Positions 33,903 through 43,433 of a DNA stretch of 64,000 bases are shown piece after piece (position 1 is the first letter of the stretch; each line of letters opens with the position of its first letter). Made by a program: the position numbers and the translations under genes. A model generated the notes under the pieces. The model did no database searches. It saw only the letters and a program-made list of their open reading frames with translations, and was not told the origin of the DNA. Source of the DNA: Sandaracinaceae bacterium (GTDB lineage: Bacteria; Myxococcota_A; Polyangia; Polyangiales; Sandaracinaceae); the NCBI GenBank assembly GCA_044220955.1, contig JBGAQA010000029.1, forward strand, positions 8,420-72,419. The letters are read 5' to 3'.

Positions 33903-36043
33903 GGCACGGGCGTGATGAACACCTGGAACTCGTAGTTCCCCATCGCCGTCGAGGAGAAGCCGTCGACCACGTAGAAGTACGTCCCCGGATCGAGCGTCTC
34001 GGTGAGCTGGCTCGTCCCGGCGCTCCCGCCGTCGTCGTCGCAGCGCGCCTCCATGCCGGTGCGGCACGTGCCCATGAAGCGGTAGAGCAGCGTGTCGAAC
34101 GCGGAGCCCTCGGTCGTCGCGGTGATGCGCGAGCGCGTGGCGAGGTCGAGCCGGAACGCGACGTCGGGCGCCGGCGTCCCGGTCCCGCAGATCAGGGGAT
34201 CGTAGTCGTTCGCCATCCCCATCGTGGTCCCGCTCCAGAAGCCCCCCGTCGGCGGGATGATCACGGGGCCGCCGCAGCTGTCGTTCCCGGTCGCGGGGGT
34301 CGGAACGGTGGGCGGCGTCGTCGCGGTGATGTCGATCGTGTACGAGCCGCCGCGCGCTCCCTCGACGATCAGGTAGTACGTGCCCGCCGCCAGGGCGCGC
34401 AGGTGCGAGCTGATGGGCGCGCCGGTCGGGCAGCGCACCTGGGTCCCGGCGTTGTCGCACGTGGTGCGCAGCGACGCGTTCAGGTACGAGAGGCCTCCGT
34501 CCACGTCGATGGTCACGTCGCTCAGTGCCGGGATCGTGAACGAGTGGACCAGCTCCCGGTAGTTGTAGCCGCAGGCCGTGACGATGTCGTCCTCGGCGCC
34601 CGACATCGTCCCCGTGTAGCGGGTCCCCACGGTCAGCGGGATCGGGGTGGCGCAGAGGTCACCGGTCACGCGCGGCGTGGACGGGCCGACGTCCACGCTG
34701 AGCGAGAAGTCCGCCTCCACGTAGGACGGGCCCTCGATGAGGATGAAGTACGTCCCCGCCGGGAGCTGGTGCATCGTCCCGTCGGCCGGCGCGCCGCCGC
34801 GGCAGCGCACGGAGCCGGCGGTCGCGTCGCAGGTCGGCCTGACGTCCCAGTACATGTACTGGTTGTCGGGCGAGCTCAGCGTCACGGTGAGGTTGCTCTC
34901 CGTCGGCAGGTCGATCTGGTAGACGAGGTCCGACGCCGGGATGCCGCTGCACGACAGGGTCACGTCGTCGTGTCCGTCGACGAAGCTGCCCGTGTAGCGG
35001 CCACCGGTCGGGGGGATGAGCGTGGGCGCGGCGCACGTCTCGTTGGTCGGAGGCGGCGTCGGATCGGTCAGCTGCACGTCGAGCAGGACGTCGCCCGTGC
35101 CTTGCACGATGAGGTAGTAGGTGCCGGCGGCGAGCGCGCGGTGGCGGATCTCGCCGGGGTAGCCGTCGTCGCACTCGATCTCGGTCGTCGCATCGACGCA
35201 CGTGGTGCGCAGCGCCACCTGAGCCGTCGCGAGATCGCCCTCGGCCGTGATGCGCACGTCGTGCGGCTCCGTGAGCGTGAGCGTCGCGACGACGTCCGGG
35301 TGCGCCGAGAACGAGCAGTTCAGCCGGTAGTCCGCGCTCGCGCCTCCGACGCGCAGGTCCATCGTTCCCGATCCCGTGATCGGGAAGGGATCGCCGCACG
35401 TGTCGTGCGCCGGGCGGCCGCAGAGCGGCATGCCGCCGTCGGCGCTGCCGCCGTCGCCGCCGTCGGCGCCGCCGCCGTCGAGGCCGCTGCCCTCGTCGGT
35501 CGTCCCGTCGCAGTCGTTGTCGATCGTGTCGTCGCAGATCTCGGGGGCGACGCCGCTGCGCGTCGGATCACGGTCGTCGCAGTCGGTGCCGTGCTCGCAG
35601 AAGAAGTCCGGATCGCCGTCCTCGTCGAGGTCGCGCGGTCGGTGCTCGCACGTCTTGGTGGCCTCGACGCAGCGGTCGAGCGTGCAGACGTCGTTGTCGT
35701 CGCAGGACTCGTGCGTGACGACGTGCTCGCAGCCCAGCCGGAAGTCGCAGAACTCGGGGCCGTTGCAGAAGATCCCGTCGTCGCAGCGCCCGTGATCGGC
35801 CGTGTGCTCGCAGGTCAGGAACCCCGGCAGGCATCGATCGTTGGTGCACGAGAGATGATCGTCGCAGTCGCCGTCCACCGTGCAGGGCACGCTGCCGTCC
35901 CGCGGGCTCGTCGCGGCGTCGGTGCCACCGTCGTGCGGCGGAGTCACCGGGCTGTCGCAGCCGGCGGACACCGCTCCGAGGACGGAGACGAGCGCGCAAG
36001 CGAGGAGCGGCGCGAGCCGCGAGGAACGGTGCAAAGAAGTCAT
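33899..36043 (-). CDS. Large modular lipoprotein, paralogous in architecture to the downstream gene
   Basis: Lipobox VSAGC; CDD.L.CTNDRC and CDDNDVCTLDRC repeats; DLDEDGD...DCDD...EICDDTIDNDCDG; four GTY(Y/F) beta-sandwich repeats. Confidence 0.82.
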   Translation of the reverse strand: MTSLHRSSRLAPLLACALVSVLGAVSAGCDSPVTPPHDGGTDAATSPRDGSVPCTVDGDCDDHLSCTNDRCLPGFLTCEHTADHGRCDDGIFCNGPEFCDFRLGCEHVVTHESCDDNDVCTLDRCVEATKTCEHRPRDLDEDGDPDFFCEHGTDCDDRDPTRSGVAPEICDDTIDNDCDGTTDEGSGLDGGGADGGDGGSADGGMPLCGRPAHDTCGDPFPITGSGTMDLRVGGASADYRLNCSFSAHPDVVATLTLTEPHDVRITAEGDLATAQVALRTTCVDATTEIECDDGYPGEIRHRALAAGTYYLIVQGTGDVLLDVQLTDPTPPPTNETCAAPTLIPPTGGRYTGSFVDGHDDVTLSCSGIPASDLVYQIDLPTESNLTVTLSSPDNQYMYWDVRPTCDATAGSVRCRGGAPADGTMHQLPAGTYFILIEGPSYVEADFSLSVDVGPSTPRVTGDLCATPIPLTVGTRYTGTMSGAEDDIVTACGYNYRELVHSFTIPALSDVTIDVDGGLSYLNASLRTTCDNAGTQVRCPTGAPISSHLRALAAGTYYLIVEGARGGSYTIDITATTPPTVPTPATGNDSCGGPVIIPPTGGFWSGTTMGMANDYDPLICGTGTPAPDVAFRLDLATRSRITATTEGSAFDTLLYRFMGTCRTGMEARCDDDGGSAGTSQLTETLDPGTYFYVVDGFSSTAMGNYEFQVFITPVP

Positions 36044-36148
36044 GGCAGGCCGATGCGTCCCGAGGCGCACTGGATACTACACGTGGCTCGTGGACGGGGC
36101 ACGCGGGCCCGGGAGGGCGGTCTCGGGCAAGACGAAACGCGCCGCGCC

Positions 36149-36694
36149 TTGACGGCCCCCCACCCCGGGGAACAGGCTCCTGCCGTGCAGAACGCGCTGC
36201 CCGAGGTCGCTCCCCAGCCCACGATGCCGCCCGACGCGGGCCGCTTCGGCGGGGGCTTCGCGCCCGAGCGGGGCGACTGGTCCTCCAGGATCACGTGGTT
36301 CGTCCTGTTCGCCGTGCCCCTGGCGGTCGTCATCACCGCGGCGATGCTCACGCCGTCGGCCTCCGGGCACGGCACGCACACCCAGCTCGGCCTCCCGCCC
36401 TGCGGGTTTCTCGTGTTCACCGGGTATCCCTGCCCGGGCTGCGGCCTGACCACCGCGTTCGCGCACATGGTTCGCCTCCAGATCTTCGGGGCCTGGCACG
36501 CCAATCCGTTCGGGATCGTCCTCTTCACGGTCACCGCGCTCACGATCCCGCTCGCCGCCGTGGGCTTCGTGCGGGGCTGGGGCGTGGTCGCGACGCTCGA
36601 CCGGCTGCACGCGGAGAAGATCGCCATCGGTCTCTCGTTGCTCTCGCTTGCCGTCTGGATCATCCGCGTCGCCTCGCAGGCGTTCGGCGGCTGA
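36149..36694 (+). CDS. DUF2752-like membrane protein; start uncertain (TTG 36149 or ATG 36224)
   Basis: GTHTQLGLPPCGF...TGYPCPGCGLTTAF...ANPFG; three TM segments. Confidence 0.8.
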   Translation: MTAPHPGEQAPAVQNALPEVAPQPTMPPDAGRFGGGFAPERGDWSSRITWFVLFAVPLAVVITAAMLTPSASGHGTHTQLGLPPCGFLVFTGYPCPGCGLTTAFAHMVRLQIFGAWHANPFGIVLFTVTALTIPLAAVGFVRGWGVVATLDRLHAEKIAIGLSLLSLAVWIIRVASQAFGG

Positions 36695-36707
36695 GTCCGC
36701 GTTCGTC

Positions 36708-37508
36708 GTGATCGGGATCGACCCGCCCGAGCTCGCGCGCGAGCGGCTGCCCGCTTCGCTCGCCAGGACGGTGGTCTCCCTGCCGCCCGACGCGGTCCGG
36801 GCGCGCTTCCTCGCGGAGGTCGTGCCGCACGGGCCGCTCGTCGTGCGCGCGCACGGGGTGCTCCGCCGGTTCGCGTCCGACTTCGACGTGAACGCGTGGC
36901 TGGGCTCCTACCGCGTGTGCCTGCTGGGCAAGGCGTCGTTCGAGCGCCTGCTCGAGGGCGCGCCGCGCGACTCGCTCCTCGACGTCGGGGCGGGCAGTGG
37001 CAGCGTGACCGCCGAGCTCGCACCTCTCTTCTCACGCGTCGTGGTGACCGAGACCTCGCGCGGCGCCGTCCGGACGCTCTCGCGCCGCTACGAGACCCAC
37101 GCGATCGATCTCGCCGAGCAGCCGCTCCCACGGGGCGAGCGCTTCTCCGTGGTCACGCTCCTGCACGTGCTCGATCGGGCGCCGCGGCCCCGGTCGCTGC
37201 TCGCGGCCGCGCGCGAGCGCGTCGCGGAGGGCGGGCGTCTGCTCGTCGCCTGCCCCCTGCCCATCCGCGCGCACGTGGATCGCGGCGGCGGGGCGACGAG
37301 CGATCCCGACGAGTGGATCGAGGCCGAGGGGACGTTCGAGGAGGCGCTCGTGTCCCTGGTCGACAAGCTCCTCGCGCCCGCCGGCCTCGAGGTCGAGCGC
37401 ATCGCGCGCACGACCTATCTCTCGCAGGGCGACACGAGGCAGCGCTTCTACGCCCTCGACGACGCGCTGCTCGTCTGCCGCGTGCCCTCGCCGGCCCGCA
37501 CGCCGTAG
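36708..37508 (+). CDS. Class I SAM methyltransferase, METTL9/DREV-like
   Basis: LLDVGAGSG.VT, VTETS, LHVLDR, YLSQGD...FYALDDA, collinear with METTL9 motifs as recalled. Confidence 0.75.
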   Translation: MIGIDPPELARERLPASLARTVVSLPPDAVRARFLAEVVPHGPLVVRAHGVLRRFASDFDVNAWLGSYRVCLLGKASFERLLEGAPRDSLLDVGAGSGSVTAELAPLFSRVVVTETSRGAVRTLSRRYETHAIDLAEQPLPRGERFSVVTLLHVLDRAPRPRSLLAAARERVAEGGRLLVACPLPIRAHVDRGGGATSDPDEWIEAEGTFEEALVSLVDKLLAPAGLEVERIARTTYLSQGDTRQRFYALDDALLVCRVPSPARTP

Positions 37509-37517
37509 CCGCTCCTC

Positions 37518-38297
37518 CTACTTGCGAAGCGCCTTCTTGCGCGCGGCCGCGGCCACGTACGGAGGCACGCCCGCCCCCTTCGCGAACGATCGCATGGCCT
37601 CGGTCCCCACGTAGTCGAGCGCGCGCAGGGCGACCTCGGCCGGGGTCTTCGGGTTGCGGACGAGCCCCTGAGCCACGTTCGGCCGGCTGAGCCAGTCCTT
37701 GCGATCGGCGATCTGGCGGAGGAAGTCGGCGCCGAGCTGCGCGTTCTTCGCCCAGCCCGCGACCTCGTCGACCGTCACCTGCGGGCACTTGATCACCAGC
37801 GCGTGCAGCGTGCGGTTGGGATCGCGCAGGAGCTTGGCCCGATCCTCGCGCGTGCCGTGGCGCGCGAGCCGGACCTTCTCGGCCATGGCGTGCATCGCGC
37901 GTCCGCGAGGCGCGCCCGCCGCCTCGCTCGCGTCGTCCGCCGGCTCGCTCTCGTCCAGGGCGAGCCCGCCTTCGTCGAGCTCGTCCCCGGCGATCTCGTG
38001 CGACGTCGGGCCCGTGTCGGCGCTCATCCTCGCGTGCAGGGCACGGACCTCGCCCGCGCGCTCGGCGGAGACCGAGAGGACCACGCCCACGTCGGGCAGG
38101 ATGCTCACGACCTCCGACTCGACGACGAGCGAGCCCGCATCGCCCGCCTCGATCTCGAGCGAGACCGGGTCGCGAAACGCGAGCGCCTCGGGCGCCGCCA
38201 CGCGCGCCAGGAGCACGCCGCGCGCGATCTCCTCGTCGAGCGCGCGCGTCAGCTCGGCCGGGTCGGCGTACGAGATGCGGATGCGCAGGGCGGACAC
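37518..38297 (-). CDS. Uncharacterised protein: degenerate PilZ-like N-terminus plus helical C-terminal domain
   Basis: GTG start 5 nt after the upstream stop; EKVRLA..G.RE.R..LLRDPN...LVRNPKTP, a domain I recall as common in deltaproteobacteria. Confidence 0.7.
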   Translation of the reverse strand: MSALRIRISYADPAELTRALDEEIARGVLLARVAAPEALAFRDPVSLEIEAGDAGSLVVESEVVSILPDVGVVLSVSAERAGEVRALHARMSADTGPTSHEIAGDELDEGGLALDESEPADDASEAAGAPRGRAMHAMAEKVRLARHGTREDRAKLLRDPNRTLHALVIKCPQVTVDEVAGWAKNAQLGADFLRQIADRKDWLSRPNVAQGLVRNPKTPAEVALRALDYVGTEAMRSFAKGAGVPPYVAAAARKKALRK

Positions 38298-38302
38298 GGC
38301 CG

Positions 38303-39874
38303 TCAGAGCAGCGGGCGCGCTCCGCCCGCGAGCGTGGTCGCGGGCGTGGAGCTCGGGAACATGATCCCGGCGAAGAAGTCGTAGGTCTGTCCGGCGAGGA
38401 AGTCGCTCCACGGGATCTCGAAGCTGGCGAGGCGCTCGGCGAGCGCGAGCGCCGCGATGAGCGCGCCCTCCTCGGAGTCGACGGTGCAGTTGTTGCCGGC
38501 GAACCAGACGTTCCCCATGCCCTGGATGTCGTGGAGCTGGCGCTTCTTGGCCATGTCGTGGGTCGAGACCCAGCGGCCGTGCTTCCACTTCTTCTCGAAG
38601 ATCACCTTCGCCGGATCCGGGCGCCGCGCGTGGTCGGCGACGCCGTACATCGACACGTAGCAGGGCGCCGGACAGCCGACGACGTTGTGCATCAGGTAGG
38701 TCGTGAACGTGTCGTCCAGCTTGTACGGCAGGTGGAAGAGGTTGCCCGCCGTGTTGCCGTCCCACGTGTAGTAGGCGTTGAAGTGCGCGTCCTCCTTCTG
38801 GAGGCGCAGCGAGGGGGAGAGCACGTTGGTGTCCTGGTGGATGACGCAGAGACCGGGCATGAGGTTCCAGCCCGCGACGTAGTCGTCCTGGATGTGCCAG
38901 TACGGGTTCTGCGCGTGCCCGAGCAGCTGGCCGTTCACGTCCATGTCGGTCGTGAGGATCACCGCGTCGAAGAGGGCCTTCGACACGGGCGCGCTCGGGT
39001 CATCCTTCTTCGCGAAGGGCACCCACTCCACGCACACCTTGTCGCCCTGCGCCTTCGGGATCACGCGGCGCACGTGCGTGCCCGTCTGGGCCGTCGCCCC
39101 GCGCTGCTCGGCGAACGCGATCATCCCCTCGACCCAGCGCTGCGCCCCGTACTCGAAGCGATCCCAGCCGAGCCCGGGCTTGGTGAAGCTGCCGAGCGGC
39201 CCGACGTGCTGGAAGAGCGGGATCTTCGCGAAGATCGGGAAGAGGTCCCGCTTCGTCATCGTCAAGAGCTCGTCGGTGCCGTAGCCGTTGATGATCGCGA
39301 GGTAGGACACGAGCATGTAGCGGAAGAAGTCGCCCGTGCGGTCCACGCCCTTGTGGGTGAGGTAGCGGTCGATGTCCCAGCTCATCCACCAGCTGAGATC
39401 GAACAGGCGCAGGTCCTCCGAGAACTGCTCGGCGTCCTTCACGCCGGCCGCCGTGTAGCCCTTCGCGAAGGCGGGGCCGGACTGGTAGGCGGGGAAGTTC
39501 CCCCAGTTGACGTCGTCGCGGAACGCCGAGGCGATCTTGAGCTCCGGGTGCTTCTTGAGCGCCATGGCGGTGACGCCCTGGAACTCGGGCAGCTTCAGCA
39601 TCTGGTAGAGGTTCGGGTAGACCGGCTCGCAGACGAACTGCACGCCGATGTCGATGGCGAACGAGCCCGGGTCCATGTCGCCCGTCAGCGCCCCCTTGCC
39701 CGTCACGGAGTCGAACTTCACGAAGTACGTGTCGGAGTGGCCGCCGTAGGCCGGCTCGTCGTGGAAGAGCGTCGGGCGGAACGCATCTCTCTGCGCCTGA
39801 TCCCGAGTGAGCGCCCAGAGCAAGGCGCCTCCCGTCGCACCGCCCCCCACGATCGCGATCTCTTTCGTTGCCAT
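38303..39874 (-). CDS. FAD-dependent oxidoreductase (amine oxidase/COG2907-like)
   Basis: IAIVGGGATG, GGHSDT, IDIGVQF...YPNL, IQG..NVWFAG. Confidence 0.75.
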   Translation of the reverse strand: MATKEIAIVGGGATGGALLWALTRDQAQRDAFRPTLFHDEPAYGGHSDTYFVKFDSVTGKGALTGDMDPGSFAIDIGVQFVCEPVYPNLYQMLKLPEFQGVTAMALKKHPELKIASAFRDDVNWGNFPAYQSGPAFAKGYTAAGVKDAEQFSEDLRLFDLSWWMSWDIDRYLTHKGVDRTGDFFRYMLVSYLAIINGYGTDELLTMTKRDLFPIFAKIPLFQHVGPLGSFTKPGLGWDRFEYGAQRWVEGMIAFAEQRGATAQTGTHVRRVIPKAQGDKVCVEWVPFAKKDDPSAPVSKALFDAVILTTDMDVNGQLLGHAQNPYWHIQDDYVAGWNLMPGLCVIHQDTNVLSPSLRLQKEDAHFNAYYTWDGNTAGNLFHLPYKLDDTFTTYLMHNVVGCPAPCYVSMYGVADHARRPDPAKVIFEKKWKHGRWVSTHDMAKKRQLHDIQGMGNVWFAGNNCTVDSEEGALIAALALAERLASFEIPWSDFLAGQTYDFFAGIMFPSSTPATTLAGGARPLL

Positions 39875-39975
39875 CGTTGCTCCCTCGTCGAGCCGCGCGA
39901 GAGGATACGTCGAGCCACGAGCAGCGTCGTCGGGGAATTCTCATCCACCACGCGAGCAGGTATGGTCGGGCCTCG

Positions 39976-40461
39976 ATGTCGAGCCTCGGCGCGCCTCGGA
40001 TCGTGTCGCCGGACGCCGACGTCACGTTCGGCTTCGCACCGCGCGTCGCCGTCTCCGTCTGGAGAGGGCGCGTGAGGATGGCGCACCTCGACGCGTGGGC
40101 GAGCGAGCTGCGCGCGTTCATCCCGCGCTGCGAGGGCCACGGCTACGCGTCGATCACCGTCATCGAGCCCTCCATCTCGCTCAAGCTCCCGGACGACGTG
40201 CGCTCCGCGTCGGAGAAGCTCCAGCGCGAGTGCGCGCCGCACATCAAGTGCCTGGCCTACCTGGTGGAGTCACGCGGCTTCGTGGCGGCGACCACGCGCA
40301 CCATCGCGTCCGGGTTCCTGCTCGTCACGCGCGCCCCGTACCCCCTGAAGGTCTTCGGCTCGCTGGAGGAGTGCGCGCTCTGGGCGGCCCCGCACGTCGA
40401 CGTGGGGGGCCGCGACGTCGAGCGGCTGGTGAACCGCGTTCGGGCCGGCGAACCGATCTGA
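39976..40461 (+). CDS. Hypothetical protein (possible STAS/SEC14-like myxobacterial family)
   Basis: GC3-biased frame; LAYLVESRGF...PLKVFGSLEECALW pattern. Confidence 0.6.
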   Translation: MSSLGAPRIVSPDADVTFGFAPRVAVSVWRGRVRMAHLDAWASELRAFIPRCEGHGYASITVIEPSISLKLPDDVRSASEKLQRECAPHIKCLAYLVESRGFVAATTRTIASGFLLVTRAPYPLKVFGSLEECALWAAPHVDVGGRDVERLVNRVRAGEPI

Positions 40462-40483
40462 GCCGCGGGCGCGGTCCTCCGGC

Positions 40484-41281
40484 TCAGGGCACCGGGCAGT
40501 CGCCGTAGGCCGGCAGCGTCTGCGTCGTCGTGAACGGTCCTTCGGTCACGCTCACCGTCCCGCTCATCGCCGTCGCGGCGCTGAACGTGATCGACTGCAC
40601 GAGCCGGCCCGTCGTCGCCGTCACGGTGCCCGCGCTCGGGTAGCAGTCGCCGCGCGTCCACACGAGGCCGCGGATCGAGATCGACGTGGTCGTGCCCGAG
40701 CGCGTGGCCGTGAGGTCGGCGGAGAGCGAGAACGCGCCGGTCGTCGCGCCGATCGTCGCGCTCCCGGCGATGCTGGACGTGCCGCTCGTGAGCGCGACGT
40801 CCACCGTGAGCCCCGTGAGGCGGGTGGCGAAGCCGAGCGTGCCCGAGAGCGGAGAGCCGTCGACGGTGAAGCTCGTGAACGTGAACGTCGCGGTGGCCTC
40901 GCCCGCCATCACGCCCACGGCGAGGGACATCGTTCCGGTGACGACGTGTCCGCTCGGCGTGGTGCACGGCGTCGTCCCGAACTCGATCGTGATCGCCGTC
41001 CCGGTACGCGAGACGGTGCCGCAGCCGACGAGCGCGTCGGTGGCGTGCATCGCCACGGCCATCGCGTTCTGGTCGGCGGTCTGCATCCGATCGAGCACCG
41101 GATCGAAGCCGAGCACGTCGTCCGAGACCTCGAGCGCGGCTTCCGTCGTGACGACGACGTTGGACGTGTGCGCGTAGGCGTCCGTGTCGAGCGTCCCGCC
41201 GGTTCCATCCTGCCGGCAGGCCGTGACGAGCGCGGCGCACGAGAAGAGCACGATCGACCCGGAGATGTGGCGGTGTCTCAT
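40484..41281 (-). CDS. Thr/Gly-rich beta-sheet lipoprotein
   Basis: Lipobox LVTAC; GDCYPSAGTVT; C-terminal Cys. Confidence 0.7.
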   Translation of the reverse strand: MRHRHISGSIVLFSCAALVTACRQDGTGGTLDTDAYAHTSNVVVTTEAALEVSDDVLGFDPVLDRMQTADQNAMAVAMHATDALVGCGTVSRTGTAITIEFGTTPCTTPSGHVVTGTMSLAVGVMAGEATATFTFTSFTVDGSPLSGTLGFATRLTGLTVDVALTSGTSSIAGSATIGATTGAFSLSADLTATRSGTTTSISIRGLVWTRGDCYPSAGTVTATTGRLVQSITFSAATAMSGTVSVTEGPFTTTQTLPAYGDCPVP

Positions 41282-41340
41282 CCCCTCAGCGTACGACGAG
41301 CGCGCGTCGTGGGGTCGTGGACGATGTGTGGACGTGCACG

Positions 41341-42660
41341 TCAGTCGATGCAGAGCCGGCGTCCGCGGCCCACCGCGGTCGCGAGCGCGCCCGTGGGATA
41401 CGCGCTCACGAAGTTGAAGCACATCTCGTCCTCGGTGCGCTCGCCGAAGTAGATGGGGCTGTCGGTGCCGTTGTCGAACGTACACGTCGTCCGGATCACG
41501 TCCCCGGGCTCTATGACCATCGCGCCGCCCGGCGGGGCGTAGCCGGTCTGCGAGTTGAAGTCCCACCGGCCGATCGACACGAGCGGCTCGATCCGCGTCG
41601 GGTCGCCGCCGCGCAGCACCTCCGAGAGGAACGTGACGCCGTGCGTGTGCATGTGGGGCCCCGAGCCCACGATGGTGACCGGGGCCGTGATGTCGGGCGT
41701 GCACGTGCCGACGACCGCGTGGCCGATCTCGCGCGGCTGGATCGCGATGTTGAGCGAGCCGAGCGTGGAGGTGCCGATCTCGTGGGGGCGCGGCGTGTCG
41801 GTCGTGCAGAGCGCGACACCGCTCTGGTCGGCGACGTCGGTGTAGCCGGCCACGTTCCAGTAGTGCACCTGCAGGATGACGAAGCCACCCGCGTCGGGGA
41901 GCTCGCGCCCCATGTCGTCGGGCAAGAGCTGGTTCTGGCCGCCGGGCGCCCACCCGGTCAGGAACTGCACGCCGCTGGCGAGGCCGCCGGTCGCGCCGCA
42001 CTCCCAGGCATCGCCCACGCTCACGCCGGGGGGCAGGGCGTCGGCGGCGAAGATGATCCAGTGATGCAAGACGCGCGGATCGTCGATGATCGGCGCGAAC
42101 GCGGTGCCCTGCGTCGTCGCACCGAAGGGCGCGGCGTACGCGAAGCACATCGTCGTGTTGCCGCTGCTTGCCGCCCCTGCGGGGAGCCGGAACGGCGCCC
42201 TCGGATCGCCGGGCGCGTGCGCGACGAACGTCGCGCTCGGCGGGCAGGGCAGGAACTCGGGCCCGACCATGTCGGGCGGCGGCGTCATCATCGTCTCGCC
42301 GGTGCCGGGCGGCGCGCCGGCGGCGATCCACGCGTCGAGCGTCGCCAGCTCGCTCGCGGGCAGCATCCCGGTCCCCGGCATCGGCCGCGCCGCGTCGTGG
42401 ATGCGCATCCCGACCACCTCGAACACGGGTGTGCCGGGCGCGGTCGTCGCGGGCGCGTGCATCGCCTCCCAGGTCACGAGGCTCATCGGCGCGCCGAACT
42501 GCGGCGCGGCGGCGTGGCAGCTCGCGCATCGGGCGTCGATGATCGCCTGCACCTCGGGCGGCAGGGGCGTGGGCCCCGTGCTCGCGGGCGCGGTGCTGCA
42601 CGCGCCCAGCGCGAGCAGCGCGATCGAGGTCAGGGTGGCGCGCGTGCGAGTCTCGTTCAT
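41341..42660 (-). CDS. Copper type II (PHM/DBH-like) monooxygenase lipoprotein with N-terminal CxxCH domain
   Basis: Lipobox LGAC; CASCH; LHHWI, GWAPG, QVHY, PHMHTHG, WDFNSQ, GERTEDEMC. Confidence 0.82.
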   Translation of the reverse strand: MNETRTRATLTSIALLALGACSTAPASTGPTPLPPEVQAIIDARCASCHAAAPQFGAPMSLVTWEAMHAPATTAPGTPVFEVVGMRIHDAARPMPGTGMLPASELATLDAWIAAGAPPGTGETMMTPPPDMVGPEFLPCPPSATFVAHAPGDPRAPFRLPAGAASSGNTTMCFAYAAPFGATTQGTAFAPIIDDPRVLHHWIIFAADALPPGVSVGDAWECGATGGLASGVQFLTGWAPGGQNQLLPDDMGRELPDAGGFVILQVHYWNVAGYTDVADQSGVALCTTDTPRPHEIGTSTLGSLNIAIQPREIGHAVVGTCTPDITAPVTIVGSGPHMHTHGVTFLSEVLRGGDPTRIEPLVSIGRWDFNSQTGYAPPGGAMVIEPGDVIRTTCTFDNGTDSPIYFGERTEDEMCFNFVSAYPTGALATAVGRGRRLCID

Positions 42661-42668
42661 GGCGAACC

Positions 42669-43331
42669 TCAGGTGGGCATCCGCGTGCCCGTGAGAACGA
42701 TGGTGTTCTCTCCGAGCATGCCGTTCGTGGTGAGGACGAGCGTCCCGCGGGAGGGCCCCGCCGTGAACTGCGTGTCGAGACCGGTAGCGCTGGTCATCGT
42801 GGGAGGCGGCGCGACGCACTCGGGCGCCAGCGACAGCATCGCACCGTTCGTCGTGTACGTGCCACGGATGTCGGTGACCTGGTGCCGGCGAATCGTCCCC
42901 GCGGCGGTGCCGGCGAGCGTCACGTCGAGGGCGAGCTCCATGCGAAGCTCGGTTCCGTCGGCGACGATCCACGCCGTGCCGGCGATCGACGACGTCGACG
43001 GGTCGTACATGCTCCCCGTGCCCGGTCCGGTGAAGATCGTGACGTGCTCGATCCGCCACACTCCGGTCGGGTCGCCGCCGCTCTGCGCCGGAACGGGCAT
43101 GCCGCCGTCGGCGTCGAGCGGGACGAGCTCGCCCGTCAGCGGGACCAGCCCGGCCGGGGCGGGGGTGACGTCGCACGAGAGGCCCCCGTCGGTCGCGGGC
43201 GCTGCGTCGGCCGTGGGCGCGGCGTCGGCCCCGCCGTCGCGAGGGGCAGCTGCGTCGATGACGAGGCCCGGAGCCGTGCTGCAGCCCACCAGCGCCGGCA
43301 GCCCGAGGGCGATGAGGGTCGAGCAGCGCAT
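42669..43331 (-). CDS. Lipoprotein of unknown function
   Basis: Lipobox LVGC; DA-rich linker; GGDPTGVW beta domain. Confidence 0.7.
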   Translation of the reverse strand: MRCSTLIALGLPALVGCSTAPGLVIDAAAPRDGGADAAPTADAAPATDGGLSCDVTPAPAGLVPLTGELVPLDADGGMPVPAQSGGDPTGVWRIEHVTIFTGPGTGSMYDPSTSSIAGTAWIVADGTELRMELALDVTLAGTAAGTIRRHQVTDIRGTYTTNGAMLSLAPECVAPPPTMTSATGLDTQFTAGPSRGTLVLTTNGMLGENTIVLTGTRMPT

Positions 43332-43433
43332 GGGGCGGACCCTACGCTCGTCGGGCTCGCGCGGGGTGTGGACGATTTGTGCACGCGTGCGGGACGCTTG
43401 GATTCCCTCGCCGCGGTGAGCGATCGTTCTGGC

